64,000 nucleotides of DNA from Polyangiaceae bacterium (lineage in GTDB: Bacteria > Myxococcota_A > Polyangia > Polyangiales > Polyangiaceae), in contig CBDCTZ010000011.1 in assembly GCA_965222375.1 (NCBI GenBank), positions 352,001 to 416,000 of the forward strand. Reading direction: 5' to 3'. Below are positions 30,443 through 40,246 of the stretch, one piece after another. Each line of letters starts with the position of its first letter. Position 1 is the stretch's first letter. Below the pieces are notes generated by a model. It was not told the origin of the DNA. It ran no database searches and saw only the letters and a program-made list of their open reading frames with translations. The position numbers were made by a program, and so were the translations under genes.

Positions 30443-30997
30443 GCTTACTTGCCTAACACGCGTATTCTTGGCTTCTCAGCTGACCCGCTGCGTGGCGATC
30501 GCGCCGCCAACCGCCGCGCGAGCCGTCTCGCGCGTGAAACCGCGCACGCGAGCCACCCACGCGCGGCACGCACGCACAAACTGTCGCGTCGCCGTTTCGC
30601 GCCGATGCGCGTGCGAAAACCTGTCAAGAAGATTCGTAAGAAAAGATGCAGCCGTGCGGCGCAACCGAGACGACCCGAGCGTGAGACAGATGCGAATCGA
30701 GCAGCGGAAATGGCGACCCAGACCGATGCCCAACCTGGGCGCGAGACGATGCCCAAGGCCCGAGCATCGAGCGCCGAATACCCGACCTACGCGCCGCTCG
30801 CGCTCCACGCCGTCGCATTGCTGCTCGACCTCCACTGGCGAAGGCGAATTGCACTGTCGACGTACTCACCCGAACGCCTGCGCTGAACAAGCAGACATTC
30901 GCGGCGCCGGCGCCCCGGCGGAGGTGCGGATGTGGCGGGCCCCCATAGGCCCGCCCGCACCGCAGCCCCCACCAGTCGAGACGACGCCACCCGCCGG

Positions 30998-31061
30998 CGC
31001 GAACTTCCGCAACTCAGCATCGGTGTCGCCCGACAAGGTGTCCCACCCGGGGTGGGACACC
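30998..31061 (+). repeat. 52-bp direct repeat, right copy, ending in a 25-bp palindrome
   Basis: GGTGTCCCACCC-G-GGGTGGGACACC at 31037-31061. Confidence 0.9.
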
Positions 31062-31414
31062 GTACAGATTTTGCGCAACCAGGTCTTGCAGTGTGCCGAA
31101 CAAGTTGCCCTCCCACCCTGGGACTTTTGTGTTTGCAGTTTGTTGCAGTCGCGCTCTCTCTACCAGCCTGCCGTCAAGCGGCGGACGCGCTTGACGCGAT
31201 GGGGTCCTGTTTCCGGCCAACGCCGAGCGTCCTCGACCTCCGCCAAGAATACCTCGCGCCGATTGCAGGTGGCTCCCCTCCGCGTCAGCGAACTCGCGGG
31301 AGCCGCAATGAACCGTCGATGACGGCAGTGTCCGGCACATCCCCCCAAAAACCAAACGACAGATCGCCGTGCGCAATGCGAAATCCGAAATCCGCGCAAC
31401 ATGCGACTACCGAC

Positions 31415-31735
31415 CTAGCGAATCCCGCGCGCACAACATTCCCGCGCGCCCATCACGCCGAAGATACTGCGGCGTGTGACCCAGCCGTTCACGCCGCCGC
31501 GATTGTTGCCGATTTGAAAGCGTGGTCCCTGGGTCGCTCGAACCAAGTGCAGGTACTCGGCGCCGCGCACGCGGCACAGCACGACGTCGCCGACTGTGGG
31601 CTCGTTGGCTGCTAGCGGACGTACGGTGACCAAGTCCCCGTCGTTCACTTTGCCCGTCATGCTGCGCCCCCGCGGGCGGAAGCTCACGCTGGCTCCCGCT
31701 TGCAGCTTCTCGATGTGTCGCGCCGCCCAGCCCAT
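31415..31735 (-). CDS. Small S24/S26 peptidase-like protein
   Basis: PRGRSM (catalytic Ser), GDVVLC, YLHLV, IGNN; SD GGAGG; TGATG overlap with the upstream gene. Confidence 0.75.
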   Translation of the reverse strand: MGWAARHIEKLQAGASVSFRPRGRSMTGKVNDGDLVTVRPLAANEPTVGDVVLCRVRGAEYLHLVRATQGPRFQIGNNRGGVNGWVTRRSIFGVMGARECCARGIR

Positions 31736-32130
31736 CACGAGACCTCCACGTGGGAGCCCGGCGGCTCGAGCTGCTGTCGCGCCGGCGGATAGGACTGCGC
31801 TACCTGCTCTGCGATGCGGCGCTGGGATTCGACGAGATCCCAACTTCGTATGCGGTACACGCCGTCGCCGCAGGGCTCGTAGTATCGATCACTGCCCGGA
31901 ACGGCGAATTCACGCGGTCGCGAGCGTAGGTGCAGCTTGCCTCGAGCAAACGCACGCAGCACCAGCAGGCGCGTGGTGCGTCGCCGCACGCAGACGAGCT
32001 TGCGCTGCAGGTTTGCCATCGGCTCCGTCCAGCGCCGCCGAAGCACGCGCTTCAGCGCTCTAGATTCTTCGGCCAGCTCGCGGAGATCCCTCCGGAGCTG
32101 GCTCAGATTGATGTCGATTGAATGTTCCAT
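31735..32130 (-). CDS. Basic helical hypothetical protein
   Basis: AAGGA SD and A-rich spacer before ATG 32130; LRELAEESRALK...LRAFARGK. Confidence 0.7.
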   Translation of the reverse strand: MEHSIDINLSQLRRDLRELAEESRALKRVLRRRWTEPMANLQRKLVCVRRRTTRLLVLRAFARGKLHLRSRPREFAVPGSDRYYEPCGDGVYRIRSWDLVESQRRIAEQVAQSYPPARQQLEPPGSHVEVS

Positions 32131-32344
32131 TTTCGTTTTTCCTTGAATAGATGTGCGCACCCGCGCGAAGGCGTGGTGGTTACGGGCGCACGGGTACCTG
32201 CACGGCTGGTCGAGCGCGCCCGACGCTGCCCCCTTCGCGTGAAATCCGGCGCGGCCGCGTGGTCTCACCGGTGCCAAGCGCGCGCGACCAGACAGTCGCG
32301 CCCTCGCGTCGTCACCCGCTTGCGCGGAACTGGACGCGTGTTTG

Positions 32345-32417
32345 TTGCGGGGACCCGATTCGAACGAGTGTCTCCGGGAGGCTATCCCGGTGTAGGAACC
32401 GCTCCTACCACCCCGCA
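32345..32417 (-). ncRNA. tRNA-like RNA: initiator-type scaffold, aberrant anticodon loop, no encoded CCA
   Basis: Acceptor TGCGGGG/CCCCGCA, D stem GTAG/CTAC, anticodon arm CCGGG-ATAGCCT-CCCGG, T arm ACTCG-TTCGAAT-CGGGT. Confidence 0.85.
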
Positions 32418-32561
32418 GTTCGACGCCGAATGAGCGTCCTGAGTCATGTGTGAAGCCGCCGCCAAAGCTGCTCAGAGCTGCGCAGCATGCTTCCCTCTCC
32501 CCTTGAATACAGCTGAAATCAGTTACTAAAGAAGCCGAACACCTACTTTTCTCACGTCGCG

Positions 32562-32589
32562 ATCATACGTCCTTTATCGCGCTAGTCAA
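32562..32589 (-). promoter_or_regulatory. Candidate sigma70 promoter for the tRNA-like operon
   Basis: TTGACT-N16-TATGAT on the minus strand. Confidence 0.55.
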
Positions 32590-32635
32590 GGTGGGGAATG
32601 TACCGACACGCAGCGCGCGGGTCGACCGACGGTAG

Positions 32636-33517
32636 TCATGGCCGAATCACCCCGGCTGCACTCAGCGCATTCTTCGCGCCGCGCCGCGCCCAACCCACCG
32701 CCGCTGAGCCGCGTCCGCTTAGCTTTCGCGCCATCCGTCTGCGTCGGGCCGAATCGAAGTACCCGTTCGGAAACATCGCTCGAAGCGAATCATCAAGAAA
32801 CACATCGAAGACGAAATGCACTCGGTCGACGCTGGAACGGTTTTCGGCTTCATGAGGAAATGAGAAATCCCCGTACCAAGTTTCTCCCACGCGAAAGGGC
32901 ACCGGGCTCCCTGCCAGCCAAAACACGTTGCCGGGTTCAGACTGCACTGGCACGTGCAGCCGCGCCACGCCGTCGTCGACGCTCAGACCTTCGTCACAGT
33001 GCTCGAAGATGCGGCCACCCGCCGCGATCTTCATGAGCCGAGCCCGCCGCTTGCCTCCGCTGAACCGAGCAAGAACCTCACGAAAGTAGGGCGTCCGCTC
33101 GAGCAACTCCGTCTCAACGAAAGGCAGCCCCTCGGCGACGTGAATGTCTCGTGGGTCCTCGCTGTTGCCGATCAAGGATACCGCACTCCAAGATCCGTCG
33201 TGGTAGCCGGTTTCGTGCTGCGCCCACAAACTCGGGTTCACCTTGGCGAGATCTTGCCGCAGCCGTTGCGGCTCGAAGCGCGGGGGCAGGCGAAGGGCCG
33301 TGGTGACGCCCAACGCGCGGCCTACACCGGCGCGATAGGCACCGTGCAGCATGACGGAGGTAATGCGATCCATACGCATGACCACTGCCGCCGCGCCGCT
33401 ATCTCTGGCTTTGCCGATCACCGTCCGATCACTCCAAACGCCGGCGGTCCACTCGCGATACCAAGTCCAATCAGTCCGGCGCCGGAGCATAGTTTCACGA
33501 ATGAAGGACGATCTCAC
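32636..33517 (-). CDS. Aspartyl/asparaginyl beta-hydroxylase domain protein
   Basis: ARLMKI, EHCD, RLHVPV, PHEAEN, DRVHFVFD; start uncertain. Confidence 0.85.
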   Translation of the reverse strand: MRSSFIRETMLRRRTDWTWYREWTAGVWSDRTVIGKARDSGAAAVVMRMDRITSVMLHGAYRAGVGRALGVTTALRLPPRFEPQRLRQDLAKVNPSLWAQHETGYHDGSWSAVSLIGNSEDPRDIHVAEGLPFVETELLERTPYFREVLARFSGGKRRARLMKIAAGGRIFEHCDEGLSVDDGVARLHVPVQSEPGNVFWLAGSPVPFRVGETWYGDFSFPHEAENRSSVDRVHFVFDVFLDDSLRAMFPNGYFDSARRRRMARKLSGRGSAAVGWARRGAKNALSAAGVIRP

Positions 33518-33619
33518 TCATGCAGCTGCGGGTTTCCTAGCAAGTTCGCGGGTCGGCGATGGCCGTCCGCCGCCAGCTCCCCTCGACAAAGCCCAAGATC
33601 GACCCTACAGTCCCGACCG

Positions 33620-33696
33620 TCGCTCGGGGCGCGGCTATTCGCTGCTGAGAAGAACCCGTTGAACCTGATCTGGTTTGTACCAGCGGAGGAAAGCGA
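33620..33696 (+). promoter_or_regulatory. TPP riboswitch
   Basis: GGGG...GCTGAGA...ACCCGTTGAACCTGATCTGGTTTGTACCAGCGGAGGAA; P1 TCGCT/AGCGA; upstream of thiC. Confidence 0.95.
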
Positions 33697-33753
33697 AGCC
33701 GGCAGTCGGCGTCTCTTTCCAGCCCCAGCGGCGAGTCACGAAGGAGAACGAAC

Positions 33754-35529
33754 ATGCCCGCCTGGACCCTGCCGCTTCGCGGCGCCGCGAACCCGTCGAG
33801 CCAGAGCAACGGAACCACCCCTGGCTCCTTCGCGCTCTCGCCGAACATCGGGGGCCCGCTGGCTTTTAGCTCACCAGACACGCCGGGCATGCCCGCTCCC
33901 AGTGACAAGACCGCCTGGGACTTTCTCCCCGAGGGTTGGTCCCGCGGTGCGGACGGATTCGCGGTGGCCCCGGAGGGGTTCGAGCCGGTCACTCAGTTGG
34001 AGCACGCGCGGCTGGGCAATGTGACACCTGAAATGCGTCGGGTTGCGGAGCGGGAATCGCATCTCAGCCCCGAACAGGTTCGTGACGAGGTTGCCGCTGG
34101 GCGCATGATCATCCCGGCAAACAAAGTGCATCTCGGTTACCAGCTGGACGCCATGTGCATCGGTCGCGCCAGCCGCACCAAGGTCAACGCGAACCTCGGT
34201 GCATCGCCCGTGTCGAGCGGCACCGACGAAGAAGTCGAAAAGATGGAATGGAGCGTGCGCTGGGGCGCCGACACGGTGATGGATCTGTCCACTGGCGGCG
34301 ATCTGGATGCCTGTCGTGACGCGATCATTCGCGCATCTTCCGCGCCCATCGGCACGGTGCCCCTCTATTCGATGATCATCGGGCGCAAGATCGAAGATCT
34401 GACCCCGGAAGTCATCATAGACACGCTACGCCACCAAGCGGCTCAGGGCGTCGACTACTTCACGATTCACGCGGGACTGCGCCGAGAGCATCTACCCTTG
34501 GTGAAGCAGCGCTTGATCGGTATCGTCAGCCGCGGTGGCTCCCTGCTTGCCAAGTGGATGCTCGTGCATGGCAAGGACAACCCGACCTACGATCTCTTCG
34601 ATCAGATCTGCGACGTGATGCGGGAGTACGACGTCAGCTTTTCTCTCGGCGATGGCCTGCGGCCTGGGGGCCTGGCGGACGCGAGCGACGAAGCACAACT
34701 TCGCGAACTCGAGACCTTGGGTGAGCTGACCGAGCGCGCCTGGCGCAAGGGGTGCCAGGTCATGATCGAGGGTCCCGGTCACGTGCCCTTCGACCAGATC
34801 GAATTCAACATGAAGCTCGAGCGGCGACTGTGCCATGGCGCGCCCTTCTATGTGCTGGGGCCAATCGTGACGGACGTGTTCCCGGGCTACGACCACATCA
34901 CGAGCTGCATTGGCGCGACTGCCGCGGCCTATCACGGTGCGAGCATGCTCTGCTACGTCACGCCCAAGGAACATGTGGGTTTGCCCAAGCGCGACGACGT
35001 CAAGCAGGGCTGCATCGCATACAAGATCGCCGCCCACGCGGCCGATGTGGCTCTGGGCATTCCCGGTACCCGGGATTGGGACGACGATCTGACCAAGGCT
35101 CGGGCCGCGCTCAATTGGGAGAAACACTTCGACCTGGCCTTCGACGGTGAGTACGCCCGAGCCCTGCACGACGAAGACCTGGACGTGGATACGGACTTCT
35201 GTGCCATGTGCGGTCACGACTGGTGCAGTGTGCGCATCTCCAAAGAGATCGTAGGGTTTGCCAGCGGCAACGCCGACGGCTTCGAGCGGGCCCGCGTCGA
35301 AAAGAGCGCCGCCCTCACGGAAGAGCAGCGCCGGATCTTGCAGCAGCGGGGAGTGCTTTCTCCGGAAGAGATCCACAAGCTAGCGAGCAAGACTCGTGAC
35401 GCCGTGGGCGCGGAGCAGGGCCACAAGGCCACGTGTCACAGCGACTATGTGGACCCGGATGCGGCGCAGCGTTTGCAGCAGCAAAAGCTGGTGACGATTT
35501 CCAAGAAGCCTCAGCCGACGGCGCGGTAA
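33754..35529 (+). CDS. thiC: Phosphomethylpyrimidine synthase ThiC
   Basis: [39 protein letters not shown]. Confidence 0.98.
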   Translation: MPAWTLPLRGAANPSSQSNGTTPGSFALSPNIGGPLAFSSPDTPGMPAPSDKTAWDFLPEGWSRGADGFAVAPEGFEPVTQLEHARLGNVTPEMRRVAERESHLSPEQVRDEVAAGRMIIPANKVHLGYQLDAMCIGRASRTKVNANLGASPVSSGTDEEVEKMEWSVRWGADTVMDLSTGGDLDACRDAIIRASSAPIGTVPLYSMIIGRKIEDLTPEVIIDTLRHQAAQGVDYFTIHAGLRREHLPLVKQRLIGIVSRGGSLLAKWMLVHGKDNPTYDLFDQICDVMREYDVSFSLGDGLRPGGLADASDEAQLRELETLGELTERAWRKGCQVMIEGPGHVPFDQIEFNMKLERRLCHGAPFYVLGPIVTDVFPGYDHITSCIGATAAAYHGASMLCYVTPKEHVGLPKRDDVKQGCIAYKIAAHAADVALGIPGTRDWDDDLTKARAALNWEKHFDLAFDGEYARALHDEDLDVDTDFCAMCGHDWCSVRISKEIVGFASGNADGFERARVEKSAALTEEQRRILQQRGVLSPEEIHKLASKTRDAVGAEQGHKATCHSDYVDPDAAQRLQQQKLVTISKKPQPTAR

Positions 35530-35571
35530 GTCAAGCTTGGCGCGCCCCGCAGTCCCGGGGCATGGCCACCG

Positions 35572-37224
35572 CTAGTTCTCGCAGTTGCCGTTCTTGCAAG
35601 TCTTGCCGCCCTTGCAATCATCGTAGCAGCCACTGCAGTTCTGATTGGTTCCCAGCTGTGTCTCGCAGCCATTCGTGCGGTCGCTATCGCAGTCCCCCCA
35701 ACCGCTGTGACAACTGCTGTAGTCGCAGCTACCACTGTCACAGTATCGACCCGAAGCGTGCACGACGTTGCAGGGCTGTTTGCAGCCACCACAGTGGTTG
35801 TAGTTGGTTTGCGTGTTGATGCAGGTTCCGCTGCAGTCGGTCAATGAGCCGCAGTTGATCCCGCAAGTGCTGCTACTACAGGTCGGGCTCCCGGGGTTCG
35901 GGTCCGGGCAGACCTTGTCGCACTGACCGCAATGGTTGACGTTGTTGGTGGTGTCGACGCATTCGTTGCCGCACTTCGTTAGTGGGCTACCGCAAGTGAA
36001 GGTGCACGAGCTGCTCTGGCATGCGGGCGTTCCGCCCGACGGCGCGCTGGTGCACTTTTTGTTGCAGATGCTGCAGTGATTGACGTTGTTGGTGGTGTCG
36101 ACGCATTCGTTGCCGCACTTCGTTAGTGGGCTACCGCAAGTGAAGGTGCACGAGCTGCTCTGGCATGCGGGCGTTCCGCCCGACGGCGCGCTGGTGCACT
36201 TTTTGTTGCAGATGCTGCAGTGATTGACGTTGTTGGTGGTGTCGACGCATTCGTTGCCGCACTTCGTTAGACCGGGGTTGCAGGTGAAGCTGCAGTTCTT
36301 GCTGACGCAGGCCGGCTTCCCACCGCTGGGTGCGCTAGTGCACTTTGTGCCACAACCGCCGCAGTTGCTGGTGGTGGTCAGGTTCGTCTCGCAGCCGTCG
36401 TTCGGGTCGCCGTCGCAATCGCCCCAGTTGCCTTGGCAGGATGGCGTGCACTTGCCGGCCTTGCACTGGGTGACTGCGTTCAGGGTTTGACAGACTTTGT
36501 TGCAGCCGTTGCAGTTGGCCGTGTCGGTTTGGGTATTGACCTCGCAGCCGTTTTTGGGGTTGCCGTCGCAGTCGGCGTAGTTGGCGTCACATTTCTTCAT
36601 GACGCATTTGCCACCAACGCATTCTGCGGAGGCGTTGGCGAACGTGCAAGGGATCCCACACAGCCCGCAGTTGTCGACGTCGGTCAGGATGTTGGTTTCG
36701 CAGACCTCGTCCAAATCACAGTCCGCTTCGCCGACGGGGCAGTTGGACTGCTTGCACTCGCCGGCCTTGCACACGATCCAGGTGGGGCCCTGGGTCGTGC
36801 AGTCGTTGCCGCATGCGCCGCAGTTGAGGGGGTTCGAGCTCAAGTTCGTCTCGCAGCCATCCGTAGCCCCATTGGCGCAGTCGGCGAAGCCTGGATCACA
36901 CTCGCCCAGATCGCAGAGTGGGTCACACTTATCCGCATCGCAGAGATGGTTGCTGCACTTCGCCGTGGCGTTCGGAATGTTGCAGGGCTCGCAGGAGGTG
37001 CCCCCGCAACCCGTTGCAGGGTCGGCGTTGGGAATGCACTTGTCGTTGCACACCTTCGCGCCGACGAAACACTCGCCGCTGATGCCATCGAAGCCCCCCG
37101 CCGCGTCTTCGACGCCGCCATCGCCATTCGGGGTGACTCCTTCGCCGGCTGTGTCCAGGCCGCAGGCCGCCGCGAGCAGCGCTCCGGCTCCGACCAAGCA
37201 AATCGCGCGAACGACTCGCAACAT
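35572..37224 (-). CDS. Cys-rich repeat surface lipoprotein
   Basis: LAAAC lipobox; repeated DCDG...GCE and NCG-x-CG-x2-C modules. Confidence 0.85.
   Translation of the reverse strand: MLRVVRAICLVGAGALLAAACGLDTAGEGVTPNGDGGVEDAAGGFDGISGECFVGAKVCNDKCIPNADPATGCGGTSCEPCNIPNATAKCSNHLCDADKCDPLCDLGECDPGFADCANGATDGCETNLSSNPLNCGACGNDCTTQGPTWIVCKAGECKQSNCPVGEADCDLDEVCETNILTDVDNCGLCGIPCTFANASAECVGGKCVMKKCDANYADCDGNPKNGCEVNTQTDTANCNGCNKVCQTLNAVTQCKAGKCTPSCQGNWGDCDGDPNDGCETNLTTTSNCGGCGTKCTSAPSGGKPACVSKNCSFTCNPGLTKCGNECVDTTNNVNHCSICNKKCTSAPSGGTPACQSSSCTFTCGSPLTKCGNECVDTTNNVNHCSICNKKCTSAPSGGTPACQSSSCTFTCGSPLTKCGNECVDTTNNVNHCGQCDKVCPDPNPGSPTCSSSTCGINCGSLTDCSGTCINTQTNYNHCGGCKQPCNVVHASGRYCDSGSCDYSSCHSGWGDCDSDRTNGCETQLGTNQNCSGCYDDCKGGKTCKNGNCEN
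35936..36270 (-). repeat. Exact 144-bp (48-aa) intragenic tandem repeat, about 2.3 copies
   Basis: GTTGTTGGTGGTGTCGACGC recurs at 35941, 36085 and 36229. Confidence 0.92.
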
Positions 37225-37302
37225 GATCTGAAGTGTACCCGGCCTGCGGCCTGACCGCACATGCATAGCCCAAAGCCTGCGAAACTCCGGCGTTTTACCG
37301 GC

Positions 37303-37776
37303 TCAGGGGATCGGCGCTTCGGCCTGCATAGCCTTGGATTCGCACTTTATGCGTTTCAGCCCCGCATGCTTGCCGTGCTTGCCCGGACCACTCAAGAAGT
37401 TCTCCAGGACGAATTTGGTGCACGCGCCTTTGATGTGCAGCGTGCCCTCCACGGCTGTCACGCGCACCACCGTGTTGTGCTTCTTTGCCAGCGCGGTCTG
37501 GACCTGAGCCGCGATCGCGCCTTGAACGGCGGTTTGAAGCTGGATGCGCTCCCTTGCACCGGTTGCGGCGATGAGCTGCTCGGTTCGCTTCGGATCACAA
37601 GTGGGGTCCGTGTAACAAGGCTGGGCTGCGACCGCCAAGCGCTGCTTCTCGGTCATGTTGCTAAAATCTGGGATCGCAGCGGCCGGGGTCGCCGAAGGGG
37701 CAGGAGAGGGCGCCGGCTTTTCCTCGCAGGCGCAGAAGAGGGCCCACATGGCCGCGGCGTAGCTGATCCGTTGCAC
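37303..37776 (-). CDS. Hypothetical lipoprotein
   Basis: ALFCAC lipobox-like start, Pro-rich linker. Confidence 0.6.
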   Translation of the reverse strand: MQRISYAAAMWALFCACEEKPAPSPAPSATPAAAIPDFSNMTEKQRLAVAAQPCYTDPTCDPKRTEQLIAATGARERIQLQTAVQGAIAAQVQTALAKKHNTVVRVTAVEGTLHIKGACTKFVLENFLSGPGKHGKHAGLKRIKCESKAMQAEAPIP

Positions 37777-37832
37777 GCTGCTCTCTTATCACTCGAGTGC
37801 CGGCCAGCAAAGTTGCTAAGCTGCCCGCGCCC

Positions 37833-38651
37833 ATGTCGCCCATTTTCGACGCCTGGATTCAGCACCCAACTCCGGAGTTTATCGCCCAACCCATGTTTGC
37901 GAGTTTGCGGCGCTGGATGGGCATCACGGAAATCCCCGACAGCATTCCGCCGGAGGTGACGCTGAGTGCCTTGGACGCTGCGGGCGTCAACAAGGCGCTC
38001 ACCTGCGCATGGTACGGACCCGACGGCACGCCCATCAGCAACGACCAAGTTGCCGCTCTGGTGCGTGACTTCCCGGATCGCTTTCTAGGAGCGGCGAGCG
38101 TCGACCTACGCAAGCCCATGGACGCCGTGCGCGAACTGCGTCGGGCGGTCAAGCAATTGGGCCTGCACGCGTTGCGCATCTTGCCCTGGTTCTGGGGGCT
38201 GCCGCCCAACGATCGTCGCTACTATCCTCTCTATGCCGAGTGTATCGAACTCCAGATCCCGTTCTGCCTCCAGGTCGGCCACGCGGGCCCGCTGTTGCCG
38301 AGCGAACCCGGTCGTCCGATCCCGTACTTGGATGAGGTGGCCTGCGAGTTTCCTGAATTGGTGATTGTCGGCGGTCACATCGGCTATCCCTGGACCGACG
38401 AAATGATCGCCATGGCCACGAAGTATGAAAACGTGTTCATCGACACCAGCGCGTACAAGCCCAAGCGCTACCCGCCCGCGCTGGTGGAGTTTATGCGCGG
38501 GCATGGTGCGAAGAAGGTCCTATTCGGAAGCAACTATCCGATGATCTTCCCGGCGGATTGCCTGGCGCAGGTCGAGGAACTCGGCTTGTCTGAGCAAGCG
38601 CAGCGCCTGTTCTTGCATGACAACGCCGCCCGCATCTTCACTCGGAACTAG
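37833..38651 (+). CDS. Amidohydrolase_2 family protein
   Basis: DAWIQHP, GHIGYPW, IDTSAY, LFGSNYP, DNAARIF. Confidence 0.9.
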   Translation: MSPIFDAWIQHPTPEFIAQPMFASLRRWMGITEIPDSIPPEVTLSALDAAGVNKALTCAWYGPDGTPISNDQVAALVRDFPDRFLGAASVDLRKPMDAVRELRRAVKQLGLHALRILPWFWGLPPNDRRYYPLYAECIELQIPFCLQVGHAGPLLPSEPGRPIPYLDEVACEFPELVIVGGHIGYPWTDEMIAMATKYENVFIDTSAYKPKRYPPALVEFMRGHGAKKVLFGSNYPMIFPADCLAQVEELGLSEQAQRLFLHDNAARIFTRN

Positions 38652-39075
38652 GACGCGGCCCGTACCAGCGCCCGCCACCGATGGCCAGGGCCACATAGGC
38701 CATCTGCGGGCGATCCTTGGGACCTGAGTGAGCCGTGCAGGCATCGAACCAGGGCTCGCCTGCTTCGTCGCTTTGCTGAGCCTGCGCGTTGGCGGAAAAG
38801 ATAGTGGTGGCGATGCGTGCGATAGCTGTCTTTGTAGTCACGCTGATCATGGTCGTGCGCATCAACACGTGGGTGAATGGGGTGGCGATGAGTGCGATAG
38901 CTGTCTTCGTAGTCACGAAAGAGCTGTGCGGAGCTGCCGCAAAAATGCCCGCCGAGTAGCGCTAGCCGATTGTTAACTTTTGTTGAGCGCCATATTGTTT
39001 GGGGGTCGAGAGTTGTGCCGGACCTGGGCCACTACTCTCGTATTGGGCCGCGCGTTCGCGCGCCGGGGGCGCGAC

Positions 39076-40179
39076 TCAGTCGCACAAGTACTTCCGTGCG
39101 CGCGTTGCGCCGGGCTTGGCCGAGAGCATGAACAAGTCCGACCCCTTCGCGGTGGGTTCAGCATATCGAACCAGTTCGCACATGCTGGCCACTTTGCCTT
39201 CCTTGAGCCATGCTTGAAACGACAACGCGGGTTGCACCACGTATTCGTATTCGCTTCCCTTGTAGGGACGCGTACGCAAGATCACGCTTTTGGCGTCGAA
39301 GGGCTGGGCAAGAATGTTGGCGCGGTAGTGCCTGGTGCTGAAGCTGAAGTAGTCCTCCGCGTTGGAGAGGTACACCACGCGGACGGGCAACCTGGCTTGC
39401 TTGGCGAATGCCGCCAAGTCGGCCAGCGCTCGATTTTGCGTCAAGTCACCGCGGACGGCGCGCACTCGCTTCTCTCGCCACAGCTTGCGCAACCAGTCGT
39501 ACTCGCTTTCATCCGTCAAAAACGACGCAATCCCCGCCTTCCTAAATTGGGTTCGCAGCGTCGTGAGCCGCTTCTTCACTTCTGCTCGGGCTTGACCAAA
39601 AGCTCGCCACTTGCGCCATCGGTTCTCATGCGCCGGGAAGCGCTCCTTGAGGGCACGCTCGACGTCCTTCTGCCCGCGGTATCCCCAAGCTCCCAAGAAG
39701 GCGTCGATGTTGTCGTGGGCCAAAAACAGCGTGCCGTACACCTCGTGCAGATCCACGATCCAATCGTCGAAGTCGGTCAGGACCAGCACCTCCGCCCGGG
39801 CCCATGCTCCCAGCAAGTACATTTGCTCGGCACCAACACCGGTCACGATCCCTCCGAGGCCATTGACGGGTTTGCGAAACAGTTCGGGCGAGTGCTCGTT
39901 GGACGTGAAGTAGTGGCGACCCCGCGTCGTCGCCGGAGGCGCGGGGTCGAAGCGGATCTTCGACAGCTTCGCGGCGACCTCGGGCCCAAACGTCTTCTGC
40001 GTGCTGCTTGCGGCTGCCGGGGTCTGTGTCGGCACTGGCGCCGCGCTAGCAGCGGGAGGCGTGACTTCGGGCGCGCTTTGGGGTTCGGGCTGTCGACTCA
40101 CCGGGCCCTGAGGGCTCGGGCCCGAGGAGGCGCATGCCGATAAGACAGTCAATACCGTAGACGCGATCCAAGTGCGCAT
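39076..40179 (-). CDS. Uncharacterised lipoprotein (SNE...GVGxEQ motif, possible methyltransferase-like fold)
   Basis: LSAC lipobox; TSNE, GVGAEQMY, GDLT, YLSNAEDY. Confidence 0.7.
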   Translation of the reverse strand: MRTWIASTVLTVLSACASSGPSPQGPVSRQPEPQSAPEVTPPAASAAPVPTQTPAAASSTQKTFGPEVAAKLSKIRFDPAPPATTRGRHYFTSNEHSPELFRKPVNGLGGIVTGVGAEQMYLLGAWARAEVLVLTDFDDWIVDLHEVYGTLFLAHDNIDAFLGAWGYRGQKDVERALKERFPAHENRWRKWRAFGQARAEVKKRLTTLRTQFRKAGIASFLTDESEYDWLRKLWREKRVRAVRGDLTQNRALADLAAFAKQARLPVRVVYLSNAEDYFSFSTRHYRANILAQPFDAKSVILRTRPYKGSEYEYVVQPALSFQAWLKEGKVASMCELVRYAEPTAKGSDLFMLSAKPGATRARKYLCD

Positions 40180-40246
40180 TGCTGGGCAGGGTACTAGAAA
40201 GTGCGCCAACTTGGATCCTCGCCCGGCGCTGCAGTACTCTCCGTCG

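Noticed and set aside
32345..32417. Functional tRNA-Ala(AGC)
   Set aside because: No G3:U70 identity pair; G14, C37 and A34 are atypical; the scaffold is initiator-like. Reported as a tRNA-like ncRNA instead.
32260..32470. Sigma54 promoter for the tRNA-like operon
   Set aside because: TTGGC words are present but lack the -12 GC at the required spacing.
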